Numbered from the stretch's first letter, positions 9,789 through 18,895 are shown. The stretch: DNA of 40,686 nucleotides from Promethearchaeota archaeon (GCA_048941285.1 JBHLNS010000031.1:1-40686), one strand, 5' to 3'. Numbers and translations are program-made. Notes: generated by a model not told the origin, from the sequence alone.

Positions 9789-10481
9789 ATGCTAAATCAA
9801 ATTGGAACCTTAAATGAAACTACCCTTCATAAAGACTTAAAATGGTTATATAGCGAATCTAATGATCAAATTGAAAGGAAAGTCGGGAAATACATAGTAG
9901 ATATAGTTAGAGATGACCTTCTGATTGAAATACAAACAACAAATTTCTCGAAGATTAGAAATAAACTTGGAATTCTCTTAGAAAATTATAAAGTCAAGTT
10001 AGTCCATCCAATTATTCAGGACAATTGGATCATCAATTTAGATACCCAATTGAATAAGAATATTCGAAGAAGATTATCTCCAGTGCATTGTTCTTATATA
10101 GACATATTCGAGGAATTAGTTAGAATTCCTAAAATGATCTCTCATCCTAATTTCACTATTGAAATTATTTTGGTTCAAATTGAAGAAATTCGTGAAAAAA
10201 GTGACAGAGAAAGTTGGAGAAGAAAAAGTTGGAGGATTTATGATAAGAAATTATTAAAAGTAATAGAAAGTAAAAAATTCAATAATCCAATTGACTTCTT
10301 GTATTTTATTCCAAAGAATATAGATATCCCTTTTACAAACAATGAATTAGCAAAATTAATAAAGAGACCTTTAAGTTTAGCTCAAAAGTTAAGTTATTGC
10401 CTTAGAAAAATGGAAGTGCTTAAAACCATTGGTAAAAATGGAAATACTCTTATATTTGATTTTAATAATGATAAAATGTAA
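9789..10481 (+). CDS. PD-(D/E)xK nuclease-like conserved protein with C-terminal HTH-like region
   Basis: ETTLHKDLK...ERKVGKYIVDI...LIEIQT fits an E..D..ExQ restriction-fold core. ATG 9789 (MLNQIGTLNE) is preferred over 9741. Confidence 0.6.
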   Translation: MLNQIGTLNETTLHKDLKWLYSESNDQIERKVGKYIVDIVRDDLLIEIQTTNFSKIRNKLGILLENYKVKLVHPIIQDNWIINLDTQLNKNIRRRLSPVHCSYIDIFEELVRIPKMISHPNFTIEIILVQIEEIREKSDRESWRRKSWRIYDKKLLKVIESKKFNNPIDFLYFIPKNIDIPFTNNELAKLIKRPLSLAQKLSYCLRKMEVLKTIGKNGNTLIFDFNNDKM

Positions 10482-10505
10482 AAAAAAAATATTTTTAATT
10501 AAATA

Positions 10506-11306
10506 TTATCCTCGAAATCGTCTTTCTAAAGTTTTTCCATGTAGCATAAATGCTAAGAATAGAAAACCAAAACCAAAAGCTATTAAGATTCCAATATCAA
10601 AAAATACTCCTAATTGTCCAAATACACTAATACTTCCAAGACCAACATTCACAATGTCAATGAAATATGTTAATGGAGAGATGAAAACAATTGGAGATAA
10701 AGTGATCGGCATGAATAAGGGGCTTATGAAAATTAATGGAAATTTAATGAGAATTGTAAACACCATTGTATTCCCAGGGGTATCTGTAGAAGGAACTGAA
10801 AGTATAAGACTAAAACACGCAAAAGCTAAACCAGCGATGATCATTCCACTTATGATAAAGAAAATATTTATTGTCAATTCAGTTGATAAGAAAATCATTC
10901 CAATTATTAAAGGAATTGAAGAAAAGATAATTCCATATATAAAAGTACTCCAAACACTACCAACTAATATAGTTTTTATTGATATTGGGCAAGTTATTAA
11001 TCTTTCAAATGTTCTCCTCATAGTCTCCCAAGGGAACACAATAGGACCTATTGATGTTGATGTTAAAAATGTAATCATAGCCATTAAACCAGAGATTAAA
11101 TAGATTGGTTGCACAATCCTTCCGAGAGTTAGAGCTATGAAAAGTATTATCGGAAAAAGTATCCCCTGAATTAAAACAGGCGGTTTATTATAGTATATTT
11201 TTAGATCTTTTTTTGTTATTACAAATGATCTTTTTATCTGGCTGATAAAAATCTTCATCCTATTTTGTTCTTTGATAATTTCACTCATTTTTAACACCTC
11301 GTTCAA
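10506..11306 (-). CDS. ABC-2 type exporter permease
   Basis: About 6 hydrophobic segments, E...TFERLITCPIS, FISPLFMP, SPLTY; directly downstream of the ABC ATPase. Confidence 0.88.
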   Translation of the reverse strand: MNEVLKMSEIIKEQNRMKIFISQIKRSFVITKKDLKIYYNKPPVLIQGILFPIILFIALTLGRIVQPIYLISGLMAMITFLTSTSIGPIVFPWETMRRTFERLITCPISIKTILVGSVWSTFIYGIIFSSIPLIIGMIFLSTELTINIFFIISGMIIAGLAFACFSLILSVPSTDTPGNTMVFTILIKFPLIFISPLFMPITLSPIVFISPLTYFIDIVNVGLGSISVFGQLGVFFDIGILIAFGFGFLFLAFMLHGKTLERRFRG

Positions 11307-12273
11307 TGATTTTTAAAAAAGCTTCCTCTAATTTTGGCTGATGCGTACTAAGATGCTTAATCTTCATATTTTGAGATTTGATGTAATCTATTATTTCAAG
11401 GATCGAATTGTGGATGTCTTCAACAATAATATGTAAACCTTCTTGAGTTTTTTGAACTTCACTCACACTATTGAGATTTTTAATTTCTCCTATATCTACT
11501 CCAATGTCAAAATTTAAATCTATTGCTAGATAATCCTGTGTTAATTTCCTTAGATTCTCCGGTGTATCTAAACTTATTATCCTTCCATGATTGATTATCG
11601 CAATTCTATCACATAACTCATTAGCAACTTCCATATCATGAGTCGTCAAGAATATCGTCATACCTTGTTCATTGTAGTCTCTTATTAATTGTTTTATAAT
11701 TTTAGCAGATTGAACATCAAGCCCAGAGGTAGGCTCATCAAGAAACAGAATTTTTGGATTAGTCATTAAAGCCATACATAATAACAGTCGCTGCTTCATC
11801 CCTTTTGAATATTTTTTAGATTTAAGAGTTCGTTTCTCATACAAATCGAATTTTTTCAGTAAATCCTTTGCCTTAATCACCCGTTCTTTCTTAGGAATAC
11901 CATATATTTCTCCAATAAACATTAGATTTTCCCATCCTGAAAATGAGAAGTATACATTTGCCATTTCAGGAACATTTCCAGCAACTTGTTTAACAGTGAT
12001 TTGATTTTCCCATGCATTTAAGCCAAGGATTTTTATTTCACCTAGAGTTGGTTTTAAAACTCCGGTCATCATCCGAATTGTAGTTGTTTTACCAGCACCA
12101 TTTGGACCTAAAAATCCAAAAATTTCTCCATCTTTTACTTCAAAACTAATATGATCTACTGCATTTATAGTACCTATTGCTTCTTGGGAATCATTTGGCC
12201 CCAATTTTCCATGTTTTGCCCTTTTAGGTGGATTAAAATGCTTAACTAGATTATTAGCAACAATAACGTTCAA
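11281..12273 (-). CDS. ABC-2 exporter ATP-binding subunit (DrrA-like)
   Basis: GPNGAGKTT, YSKGMKQR, LFLDEPTSGLD, TTHDM; TTG start preceded by AGGAGGTG. Confidence 0.92.
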   Translation of the reverse strand: MNVIVANNLVKHFNPPKRAKHGKLGPNDSQEAIGTINAVDHISFEVKDGEIFGFLGPNGAGKTTTIRMMTGVLKPTLGEIKILGLNAWENQITVKQVAGNVPEMANVYFSFSGWENLMFIGEIYGIPKKERVIKAKDLLKKFDLYEKRTLKSKKYSKGMKQRLLLCMALMTNPKILFLDEPTSGLDVQSAKIIKQLIRDYNEQGMTIFLTTHDMEVANELCDRIAIINHGRIISLDTPENLRKLTQDYLAIDLNFDIGVDIGEIKNLNSVSEVQKTQEGLHIIVEDIHNSILEIIDYIKSQNMKIKHLSTHQPKLEEAFLKIIERGVKNE

Positions 12274-12278
12274 TATTA

Positions 12279-12286
12279 CACCTCCT
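12279..12286 (-). promoter_or_regulatory. Shine-Dalgarno site AGGAGGTG
   Basis: The minus strand reads AGGAGGTG-TAATA-TTG at the ABC ATPase start. Confidence 0.7.
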
Positions 12287-12288
12287 TG

Positions 12289-12459
12289 TTAAATATCGTC
12301 ATATTTATCTTCTTCTTTTAATTGAATGTGCTTTAAAAGCTCGTCAATAGGTTGATCTCCATGGCATTTGATAATTTGCTTTAATGTACATCCTTGAGGA
12401 TGCATATTTTTTATTTCTGGCTTATCGCAGGCGCATTCACCTATTTTTTGCAATTTCAT
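12289..12459 (-). CDS. Unannotated 56-aa Cys/His-rich small protein
   Basis: Hand translation: MKLQKIGECACDKPEIKNMHPQGCTLKQIIKCHGDQPIDELLKHIQLKEEDKYDDI*. Purine-rich GAAGGAAG lies upstream, and the stop abuts the SD of the ABC ATPase. Confidence 0.75.
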   Translation of the reverse strand: MKLQKIGECACDKPEIKNMHPQGCTLKQIIKCHGDQPIDELLKHIQLKEEDKYDDI

Positions 12460-12552
12460 TTTATTGACTTCCTTCGAATTTTTTTCTCAATTATACTTTA
12501 TCATCAAAACCCAAATTGAATTAATATAATAATTATCTCTATAATTATTTTA

Positions 12553-12579
12553 ATTGGTTAAATGATAGATTTAACTAAT
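12553..12579. promoter_or_regulatory. 11-5-11 inverted repeat (one mismatch), candidate ArsR-type operator
   Basis: ATTGGTTAAAT-gatag-ATTTAACTAAT in the middle of the divergent intergenic region. Confidence 0.45.
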
Positions 12580-12641
12580 CAAACCATATATTTAAATATT
12601 TCTAAAATCTTTAGATCATAAGAATTTGATGGTTTAAGTAT

Positions 12642-12989
12642 ATGACGAAAGAAATTGATCTTGAAAATATTGGTACGTATATAAAAGCACTCCATTGCCA
12701 AATTCGGTGGGTTTTAATAGATATTTTAAGAGATGGGCCAAAATCTTCTGATGAAATTTTTAATCATCTGAAAAATGTTAGTAAAAACATGAATGAGAAT
12801 AACCTGTGTCATGGTATGTGTGGTAAAGGAGATTTTAAGGATTTAAAGAAGCCATCATTGTATTATCATCTTAGAGAATTGGAAAGTGTAGGTATTATTA
12901 AGGCAGATTATAAACCAAGTGAAAGTAAAAGAGCTCCTGAAAAAGTATGGAAATTAAATATGGAAAGATTAACAATAAATTTGAAATAG
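12642..12989 (+). CDS. ArsR-like winged-helix regulator with Cys/His insert
   Basis: KALHCQIRWVLIDILRDGPKS...LYYHLRELESVGII; insert LCHGMCGKG. Confidence 0.8.
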   Translation: MTKEIDLENIGTYIKALHCQIRWVLIDILRDGPKSSDEIFNHLKNVSKNMNENNLCHGMCGKGDFKDLKKPSLYYHLRELESVGIIKADYKPSESKRAPEKVWKLNMERLTINLK

Positions 12990-13228
12990 ATTTCCTTTTT
13001 GTTTGAAATATCGTATTAGCTATTTCTAATATTAGTGAAAGATTTTCTGCCTTTAAGAAAAGATTTTATCTTAATGAGAATCAGAAATGTTTTAATTATT
13101 ATCCAAGCTCATAAGTATGCTCAAACCGAAGGATATAGAATATGAAAATATTGCAGGTTTTAGCCAATATATAGTTCAATAATGAACTCATTGTGCTTTT
13201 TTTAAAAATTTAAAATAGGAAATTGTTA

Positions 13229-14875
13229 TTAAATTCTCATTTTTATTTTAGGTCTACTTATGATAAAATCACATTTAGGACAAATTTTATAATAGCGATA
13301 TTCTTGCATAGTACTAAAAAAGCTTGAACCAAGGATACCCGCTGGTAAAATAAAAATTGATACTCCCAGAAATGCTAAAACTATAGTAAAAAAACGGCCA
13401 CCCGTAGTTACAGGATACACATCACCAAATCCAGTAGTCGTAAATGTGATAATTCCCATCCATAACGTAGTAAGTATATCTGGAAATTTAGCTGGTTGTG
13501 CACTTCTTTCTAAATAATAAATTAGAGTAGAACCAAATATAAGAAATATCCAGCAGAAAATGATTGTAGCAAGAAATTCACGTTTTGTTTCCTTAAAAAT
13601 TATTTTAGTAACTCTAAATACATCAACAAAGTGACCAATTTTAAATATAATTAACATCCTCAAAATTTGGAGATATAAAACTATAATAGGAACCAAATTG
13701 AAAACAAATATTAAACAAAGCGCGAGGAGGGTAATCATATCAATAATAGCTATAGGACTGAAGACATATTTTATCCTTCCTTTCACGGGATCTTTATATT
13801 TTTCTTTTTTTGTAGCAATTATGCACCACACTCGTAATATATATTCAATGGTAAAGACAATTATTGAAAATATTAATAAAGAATTTAATAAAACTCTAAA
13901 TTCTAATGACAAATTCGCATTTGTTTCTACCATTATTGCCAAAACATTTAAGGTTATAAGGCTTATAAAGAAAAAAAATACAATTCTCTGGCCTAATTTC
14001 GTCGGAAAATTAAACTGCATCAATTTAAATACTTTCTTCTTGAGGTTCCTCTTATCGTTAGATTTGATAGTATTTTTTCGTTCATTTTTTTTTTTTAATT
14101 CTGTTATAAATGCAGATTTTTGAATTGTTTCCTGACAATTAGGGCAAATCTCTGAAGACGGCTTTCTTTCTTCAATTTCATCAAGAAATCCTGATACAAT
14201 AACGCTAGCAGGTAATAAAAATAATGTTATTCCTGCTAATGATATGATTCCCGATATGATTTTTCCTATTGGTGTTAATGGTACAATCTCTCCATAACCT
14301 ATTGTAAAAAGGTTTATTGCTGTAAACCACATAGCGCTAAAAAGATTTGTGATTTCACTAGGTTGTGCTTCATGTTCAGCTATATATATGAAGATAGTCC
14401 CAAAAAACAACAAAATTAAACAAAGCATTAAAGTAATTAATAGTTCTTCTTTTTTGCGTCTAATTACTGCAAAAATAATTTTAAGTGACCCAGAATAGCG
14501 AGCAAATTTAAGAAATACAAAAAAACGGAATACTCGGGCAATCTCCATCATTTCATCAAAAAATATACCTATGAAAAAAAATATGAATGAAATAGCACTA
14601 AGTAAATCAATTATCCCTATAATACTTATAAGATAATCTTTTTGATTATATGTCCAAATGCGTAGAGCATATTCTAAGATAAATGTAAAACCTGTAATAC
14701 ACGAGAAGATACCAAAAACTAGATAAAAATTTTGCCAGAGATCAGTGTTACTTTCTAATATTGCGATAATGCCATATGCTAGAATTGAAAAAATCAACCA
14801 GATTGCTGTTAACCTAGCTGAGATGCTTCTTACTTTAGGAAAACCCAGTGTTTTAAGAATTTTTTCCTTAAACAT
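13229..14875 (-). CDS. Two-repeat (2x6TM) voltage-gated K+ channel-like protein
   Basis: Two complete S1-S6 units. Each has EY.LR.W (S2), IID (S3), an S4, AQP, a pore loop (TIGYGE at ~14288-14305; TTGFGD at ~13421-13438), LPA in S6 and a trailing ICPxC. Confidence 0.9.
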   Translation of the reverse strand: MFKEKILKTLGFPKVRSISARLTAIWLIFSILAYGIIAILESNTDLWQNFYLVFGIFSCITGFTFILEYALRIWTYNQKDYLISIIGIIDLLSAISFIFFFIGIFFDEMMEIARVFRFFVFLKFARYSGSLKIIFAVIRRKKEELLITLMLCLILLFFGTIFIYIAEHEAQPSEITNLFSAMWFTAINLFTIGYGEIVPLTPIGKIISGIISLAGITLFLLPASVIVSGFLDEIEERKPSSEICPNCQETIQKSAFITELKKKNERKNTIKSNDKRNLKKKVFKLMQFNFPTKLGQRIVFFFFISLITLNVLAIMVETNANLSLEFRVLLNSLLIFSIIVFTIEYILRVWCIIATKKEKYKDPVKGRIKYVFSPIAIIDMITLLALCLIFVFNLVPIIVLYLQILRMLIIFKIGHFVDVFRVTKIIFKETKREFLATIIFCWIFLIFGSTLIYYLERSAQPAKFPDILTTLWMGIITFTTTGFGDVYPVTTGGRFFTIVLAFLGVSIFILPAGILGSSFFSTMQEYRYYKICPKCDFIISRPKIKMRI

Positions 14876-15086
14876 ATGCTTTCAGTATCTCTATTTTGTT
14901 ACATGAAGATAACTTGAATTTTGAAATTTTTTAAAAATATTATCAAAATTCATGTTTTTATAGATGTTGATAGAAATAAGTCTAAGTTTGAAATTAATTC
15001 ATTCATTATGTAATCAAAAAAAAGAAAAAAGAGAAGAAACTATAATTTAAAGGAAATGGAAAAATAAAAAAAAAAAATAAAAATCA

Positions 15087-16508
15087 ATGATAGAAGATAC
15101 TGAAAAAATATTTGCATTGGTAGCTGAAAGAGCTCAATTAGCAGAGAATGTTGAAGGAGTTCGTTCGATTTTGTTATTTATGTATCGTTTTCCTTCTCTT
15201 AAGAATAAAAAACTATCACAAAAAACAGGTATTGCGATTCCTACTTTAGCTGCTGTCAGAAATGAGTTATTTAAAGCCGGTATTATTGAGAAAAATAATT
15301 TTCTTGGTGAAAAAGGGAGAGAATGGATAAAAACAAATCTAAATTTGAATTTTGAATATGATCCATTACCAGGCAATTTTGATAATAACATTAGAGAACT
15401 ACCTGATGAATTTGAATATTTAAATCAGATAAAAAGTCTTCTTAAGAATCGACCAACTCCAGAATTTGCACTTGATCAATCTCACGCAGATTTTACAACT
15501 GTATTAAAGAAGACACTTTATTTAGTAAAAAAAGGAGATATTGAAGGGAGAAAGATTATTTTTTTAGGAGATGATGATCTCATTTCTTTAGCCATAGGTT
15601 TAACCAACTTAGCAAAGGAAATTAAAGTAATAGATATTGACAATAGAATTTTAGATTTCATATCCAACTCCGTAGAGGAGCTCTCATTTCGTAATTTTAA
15701 TACTTTATTGCATGATTTAAAAAAACCATGCCCTAATGACATCATAAATAAATATGATATAGTTATAATGGACCCTCCTTATACTAATGAAGGTTTACGG
15801 CTATTTTTGAAGAGAGCTAGACAAGTTTTAAGATCAAATATCAATATTGAAGGTAGGAACTATCCAATTATTGGTAAAAAATGTCTTCTTAGTTTTGGAA
15901 ATAAACCTCCAGAAGAGGTGTTGAAATTACAATCATCAATATTGGATCACGGATTTATAATTAACGAAATGCTCCCTGACTTCAATCACTATGAAGGTGC
16001 GAGCATTATAGGAAAATTTAGTCACCTCTATTATTTACAATCTGTAATAAATCCAAATGCTAAATATAATCTTAGCTTTGCAACTCATCCCATCTATACT
16101 TCCGAAGTTAGATCCTTAATTAAATATCCATTTCGGCCAGTGGGTTATCATTTTGTGGGAGAAATGCATTTTGAAAAACAAGCTCAATTATTGGAAAATG
16201 AAAAAATTCAGAAGCTGTTTCTAGATTCTCTTATAAATGCAGATTTGACCATTATAGATGTATTTCATCATAATTATCATCCTTATGGATATAGTGCTAT
16301 TGCAATATTAAAAACAAGTCATGCAGCAATTCATACATGGCCAGAACATGGATATATTAGCATTGATATTTTTATATGTGAGGCATATGCTAAAGGTTTA
16401 GAGGTAATAAAATTCTTAAAAAAGCAATTAAAACCTCTAAAATCAAAATTTTTTTACGCTGAACGCGGTATAAAAACTACTATCAAATATGAACAGATTG
16501 ATCTATAA
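15087..16508 (+). CDS. BpsA/DUF43-type aminopropyltransferase fused to a C-terminal pyruvoyl S-adenosylmethionine decarboxylase domain
   Basis: N-terminal HTH-like region; DQ, IFLGDDDLISLA, DID, DPPYT.EG..LFL.R (BpsA family). The last ~120 aa contain G.H, PYGYSAIAILKTSHAAIHTWPEHGYISIDIFIC and ERG (SpeD/SpeH family). Confidence 0.85.
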   Translation: MIEDTEKIFALVAERAQLAENVEGVRSILLFMYRFPSLKNKKLSQKTGIAIPTLAAVRNELFKAGIIEKNNFLGEKGREWIKTNLNLNFEYDPLPGNFDNNIRELPDEFEYLNQIKSLLKNRPTPEFALDQSHADFTTVLKKTLYLVKKGDIEGRKIIFLGDDDLISLAIGLTNLAKEIKVIDIDNRILDFISNSVEELSFRNFNTLLHDLKKPCPNDIINKYDIVIMDPPYTNEGLRLFLKRARQVLRSNINIEGRNYPIIGKKCLLSFGNKPPEEVLKLQSSILDHGFIINEMLPDFNHYEGASIIGKFSHLYYLQSVINPNAKYNLSFATHPIYTSEVRSLIKYPFRPVGYHFVGEMHFEKQAQLLENEKIQKLFLDSLINADLTIIDVFHHNYHPYGYSAIAILKTSHAAIHTWPEHGYISIDIFICEAYAKGLEVIKFLKKQLKPLKSKFFYAERGIKTTIKYEQIDL

Positions 16509-16722
16509 TTTCTTATGTATTATAAGTTGATAATACTAATAGACGCATCTCTGACTCGCTGTAAAGAAATAGAAATAGTCTTTTTGTTTCAAATTTGATA
16601 TATTTAATTAATATATTCACTCTATTTTATCATAGTTACATTGGATTAAATTTATATAATACGGTTGTATCTTAATTTTTAAGCTTTAATTTATCATACA
16701 AAATAAAATGGTTGAATAAAAA

Positions 16723-17157
16723 ATGAGTGAAACAAAAAAGAAAGATTCAAATGAATTATTAAATTTCTTGATGATAATCATTGGCGGTCTTTTTATTTTT
16801 AAAGCTATTACAGAGTTCTTAGCATGGGCTGGAATATTAGCCCTCCCATCATGGTTGACTCTGGGGGACGAAGCACTATCTATGTTTGGAGGACAAGGTA
16901 TTATTTCAATACTTTTAGGTTTCTGGTGTCTTGTATCGGGTATAGGTATGTTTAGAGAAGAAGAGTATGCAATGGGAATAGGACTAGTAGTCCTAAGTAT
17001 AATGGCAGCGGTAGGAATTACTGCAATTATTGGATGGATAACTTCTCCTGGTTCATTTGATCCAGCGTATTGGCCAAATTATATCACAATTGCAGCAACA
17101 GCAATAGGAGTATTAGGTTTTATCTGGTTAATCTTTACATACAAGAGATATGACTAA
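16723..17157 (+). CDS. Hypothetical 4-TM membrane protein
   Basis: Four hydrophobic segments; GGTTGA upstream, oligo-T downstream. Confidence 0.75.
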   Translation: MSETKKKDSNELLNFLMIIIGGLFIFKAITEFLAWAGILALPSWLTLGDEALSMFGGQGIISILLGFWCLVSGIGMFREEEYAMGIGLVVLSIMAAVGITAIIGWITSPGSFDPAYWPNYITIAATAIGVLGFIWLIFTYKRYD

Positions 17158-17189
17158 AGCAAGTTTATTTTTAAAATTCTAACAATAAA

Positions 17190-17201
17190 TTTTTTTTTTT
17201 T
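17190..17201 (+). terminator. T12 tract, candidate terminator
   Basis: About 30 nt after the stop at 17157. Confidence 0.4.
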
Positions 17202-17307
17202 ATTATTTCATATCAAATTGATATTATGAATTAAATTCAAAAAGATAATAATTTATTATAACTAAATTGTATATAGAAATTCATAATTACTATATATAAT
17301 TGAAAAG

Positions 17308-17970
17308 TTGCAATTATCAGAATTTCTCAAAAAAATTGAATGGTTAGAAACCAGCCATCCTTATGGAAGTGCTTGTATAAGAATTAGCAGTGAAATCATC
17401 ATTTATTTTGATCCTGTTAACTTATCAGAAGAAAATTTTAAAATAAAGGCAGATTTCATCTTTTTAACTCATTCACATGATGATCACTTTTCTGTTGAGA
17501 CCTTAGAAAGACTTGTGAAACCCACCACCATTATCCTTTGTCCATTTGATTGTGAAGAGTCTCTTTTACAAGAAAATTTTGATTTTAATATTTTTATTGT
17601 AAAGCCAGGGGAAGTAATAAACTTAAACCGAATTAAAATCGAGGTGATCCATGCATACTCATCTTCTGCACATCCAGATTCTGCAGGTTGGTTGGGATAT
17701 ATTATTGAACTAAGTGGTTTTAGATTATATCACACTGGCGATTCAGGTTATATTCCAGAAATGAATAAACTGAAAAATATAGACGTAGCCTTGATAACAA
17801 CAAGAGAACCATATATGATGAGCCCTAAAGAAGTAATTCAAGCCATAAATGCCTTTAAACCAAAAGTCTTAATTCCTATACATTGGATTGAGGAAGAAAA
17901 GGAAAATATTAATTATATTATGGAAAGTTCTCCAAAATTCACAAATATAGTAATTCTTGAAAGGAAGTAA
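17308..17970 (+). CDS. Metallo-beta-lactamase-fold hydrolase (UlaG-like)
   Basis: THSHDDH, AH, LYHTGDS, LIPIHW; TTG start. Confidence 0.88.
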   Translation: MQLSEFLKKIEWLETSHPYGSACIRISSEIIIYFDPVNLSEENFKIKADFIFLTHSHDDHFSVETLERLVKPTTIILCPFDCEESLLQENFDFNIFIVKPGEVINLNRIKIEVIHAYSSSAHPDSAGWLGYIIELSGFRLYHTGDSGYIPEMNKLKNIDVALITTREPYMMSPKEVIQAINAFKPKVLIPIHWIEEEKENINYIMESSPKFTNIVILERK

Positions 17971-17992
17971 TAAATCGATTTTTAAATTTTTC

Positions 17993-18895
17993 TTAATCTT
18001 TACCATCAAGAGCTTCAAAAGTCCACATACTAAGAAATTTATCTCTTAATTCTTCAGCCAAACTAGGATCAATTACATTCATACAAGCAAAGATTTGATA
18101 TGGTTTTAATGGATTTTGTAATTTAAAAATAACTCTTTTTTTATCAAAGATATCAAAATAAGTTGTTGTTTTATGATTAATATATTTCATATTAAACTCA
18201 TGAATATTTGTTGATAATCCATATAATTCATCTTGAAGTTTTTTTAATTCTTGAAAGACTTCTGAATTTTCTTTTTTTTGCTCATTTGTTAGTGGACGAG
18301 TGTCGTATTCAAAACACCATAAATCTTTAACTATTACACCACGATCTACTGCATTTCTAAGGGGGGCATATATCAATTTTGCATGAGGTATAACTTTTAG
18401 AGTACCCTTATTTATAAACTCATTTAATATAATTTCTTCCTGAGCTTCATTAATATAAGTAGCATATGAAGCAAGGATTGATTTTGTACCATAAATTGTT
18501 GACCAAAAGATTTTCGATGGCTCTCTCCGGATTAATGCTTCAGAATCATATAATTCTGATTCTAAAATCTTAGCTCTGTCATATAAATACCCTATTTTAC
18601 GTTTACTTTCTTTAGCTTGAAAGCCGATTAAGTTGTTTAATGCTTTATTCAAGGATATAGCTTTATATTTTTTCGGGCGAGAATCAATGATTTCAATTAC
18701 TCCCTTTTTTTCTAAATCCTCTAATACTTCATATATCCTTCCACTTGGTACTCCCGATTCTAATGATATCTCTTTTGCGGTAGGAGGATTAATATTTGAA
18801 GAAGAAATTAATGTAATGTAAGCATTAATCTCATAAGTAGAAAAGTTTGCGTCATTCAATAATTCTCTAAGATCTTCCATCAAATCTTTAGACAT
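17993..18895 (-). CDS. TrmB-family transcriptional regulator
   Basis: STYEINAYITL...TAKEISLESGVPSGRIYEVLEDLEKKG...RPKKYKAI, plus a C-terminal effector domain. Confidence 0.9.
   Translation of the reverse strand: MSKDLMEDLRELLNDANFSTYEINAYITLISSSNINPPTAKEISLESGVPSGRIYEVLEDLEKKGVIEIIDSRPKKYKAISLNKALNNLIGFQAKESKRKIGYLYDRAKILESELYDSEALIRREPSKIFWSTIYGTKSILASYATYINEAQEEIILNEFINKGTLKVIPHAKLIYAPLRNAVDRGVIVKDLWCFEYDTRPLTNEQKKENSEVFQELKKLQDELYGLSTNIHEFNMKYINHKTTTYFDIFDKKRVIFKLQNPLKPYQIFACMNVIDPSLAEELRDKFLSMWTFEALDGKD

Noticed and set aside
10429-11103. 224-aa plus-strand ORF
   Set aside because: Antisense to the ABC-2 permease; its Lys/Ile/Asn-rich composition mirrors hydrophobic codons.
13073-13182. 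Two overlapping 21-23 codon mini-ORFs between convergent genes
   Set aside because: Too short, with no SD or motif.
13698-14123. 141-aa plus-strand ORF
   Set aside because: Antisense to the channel gene; no motifs.
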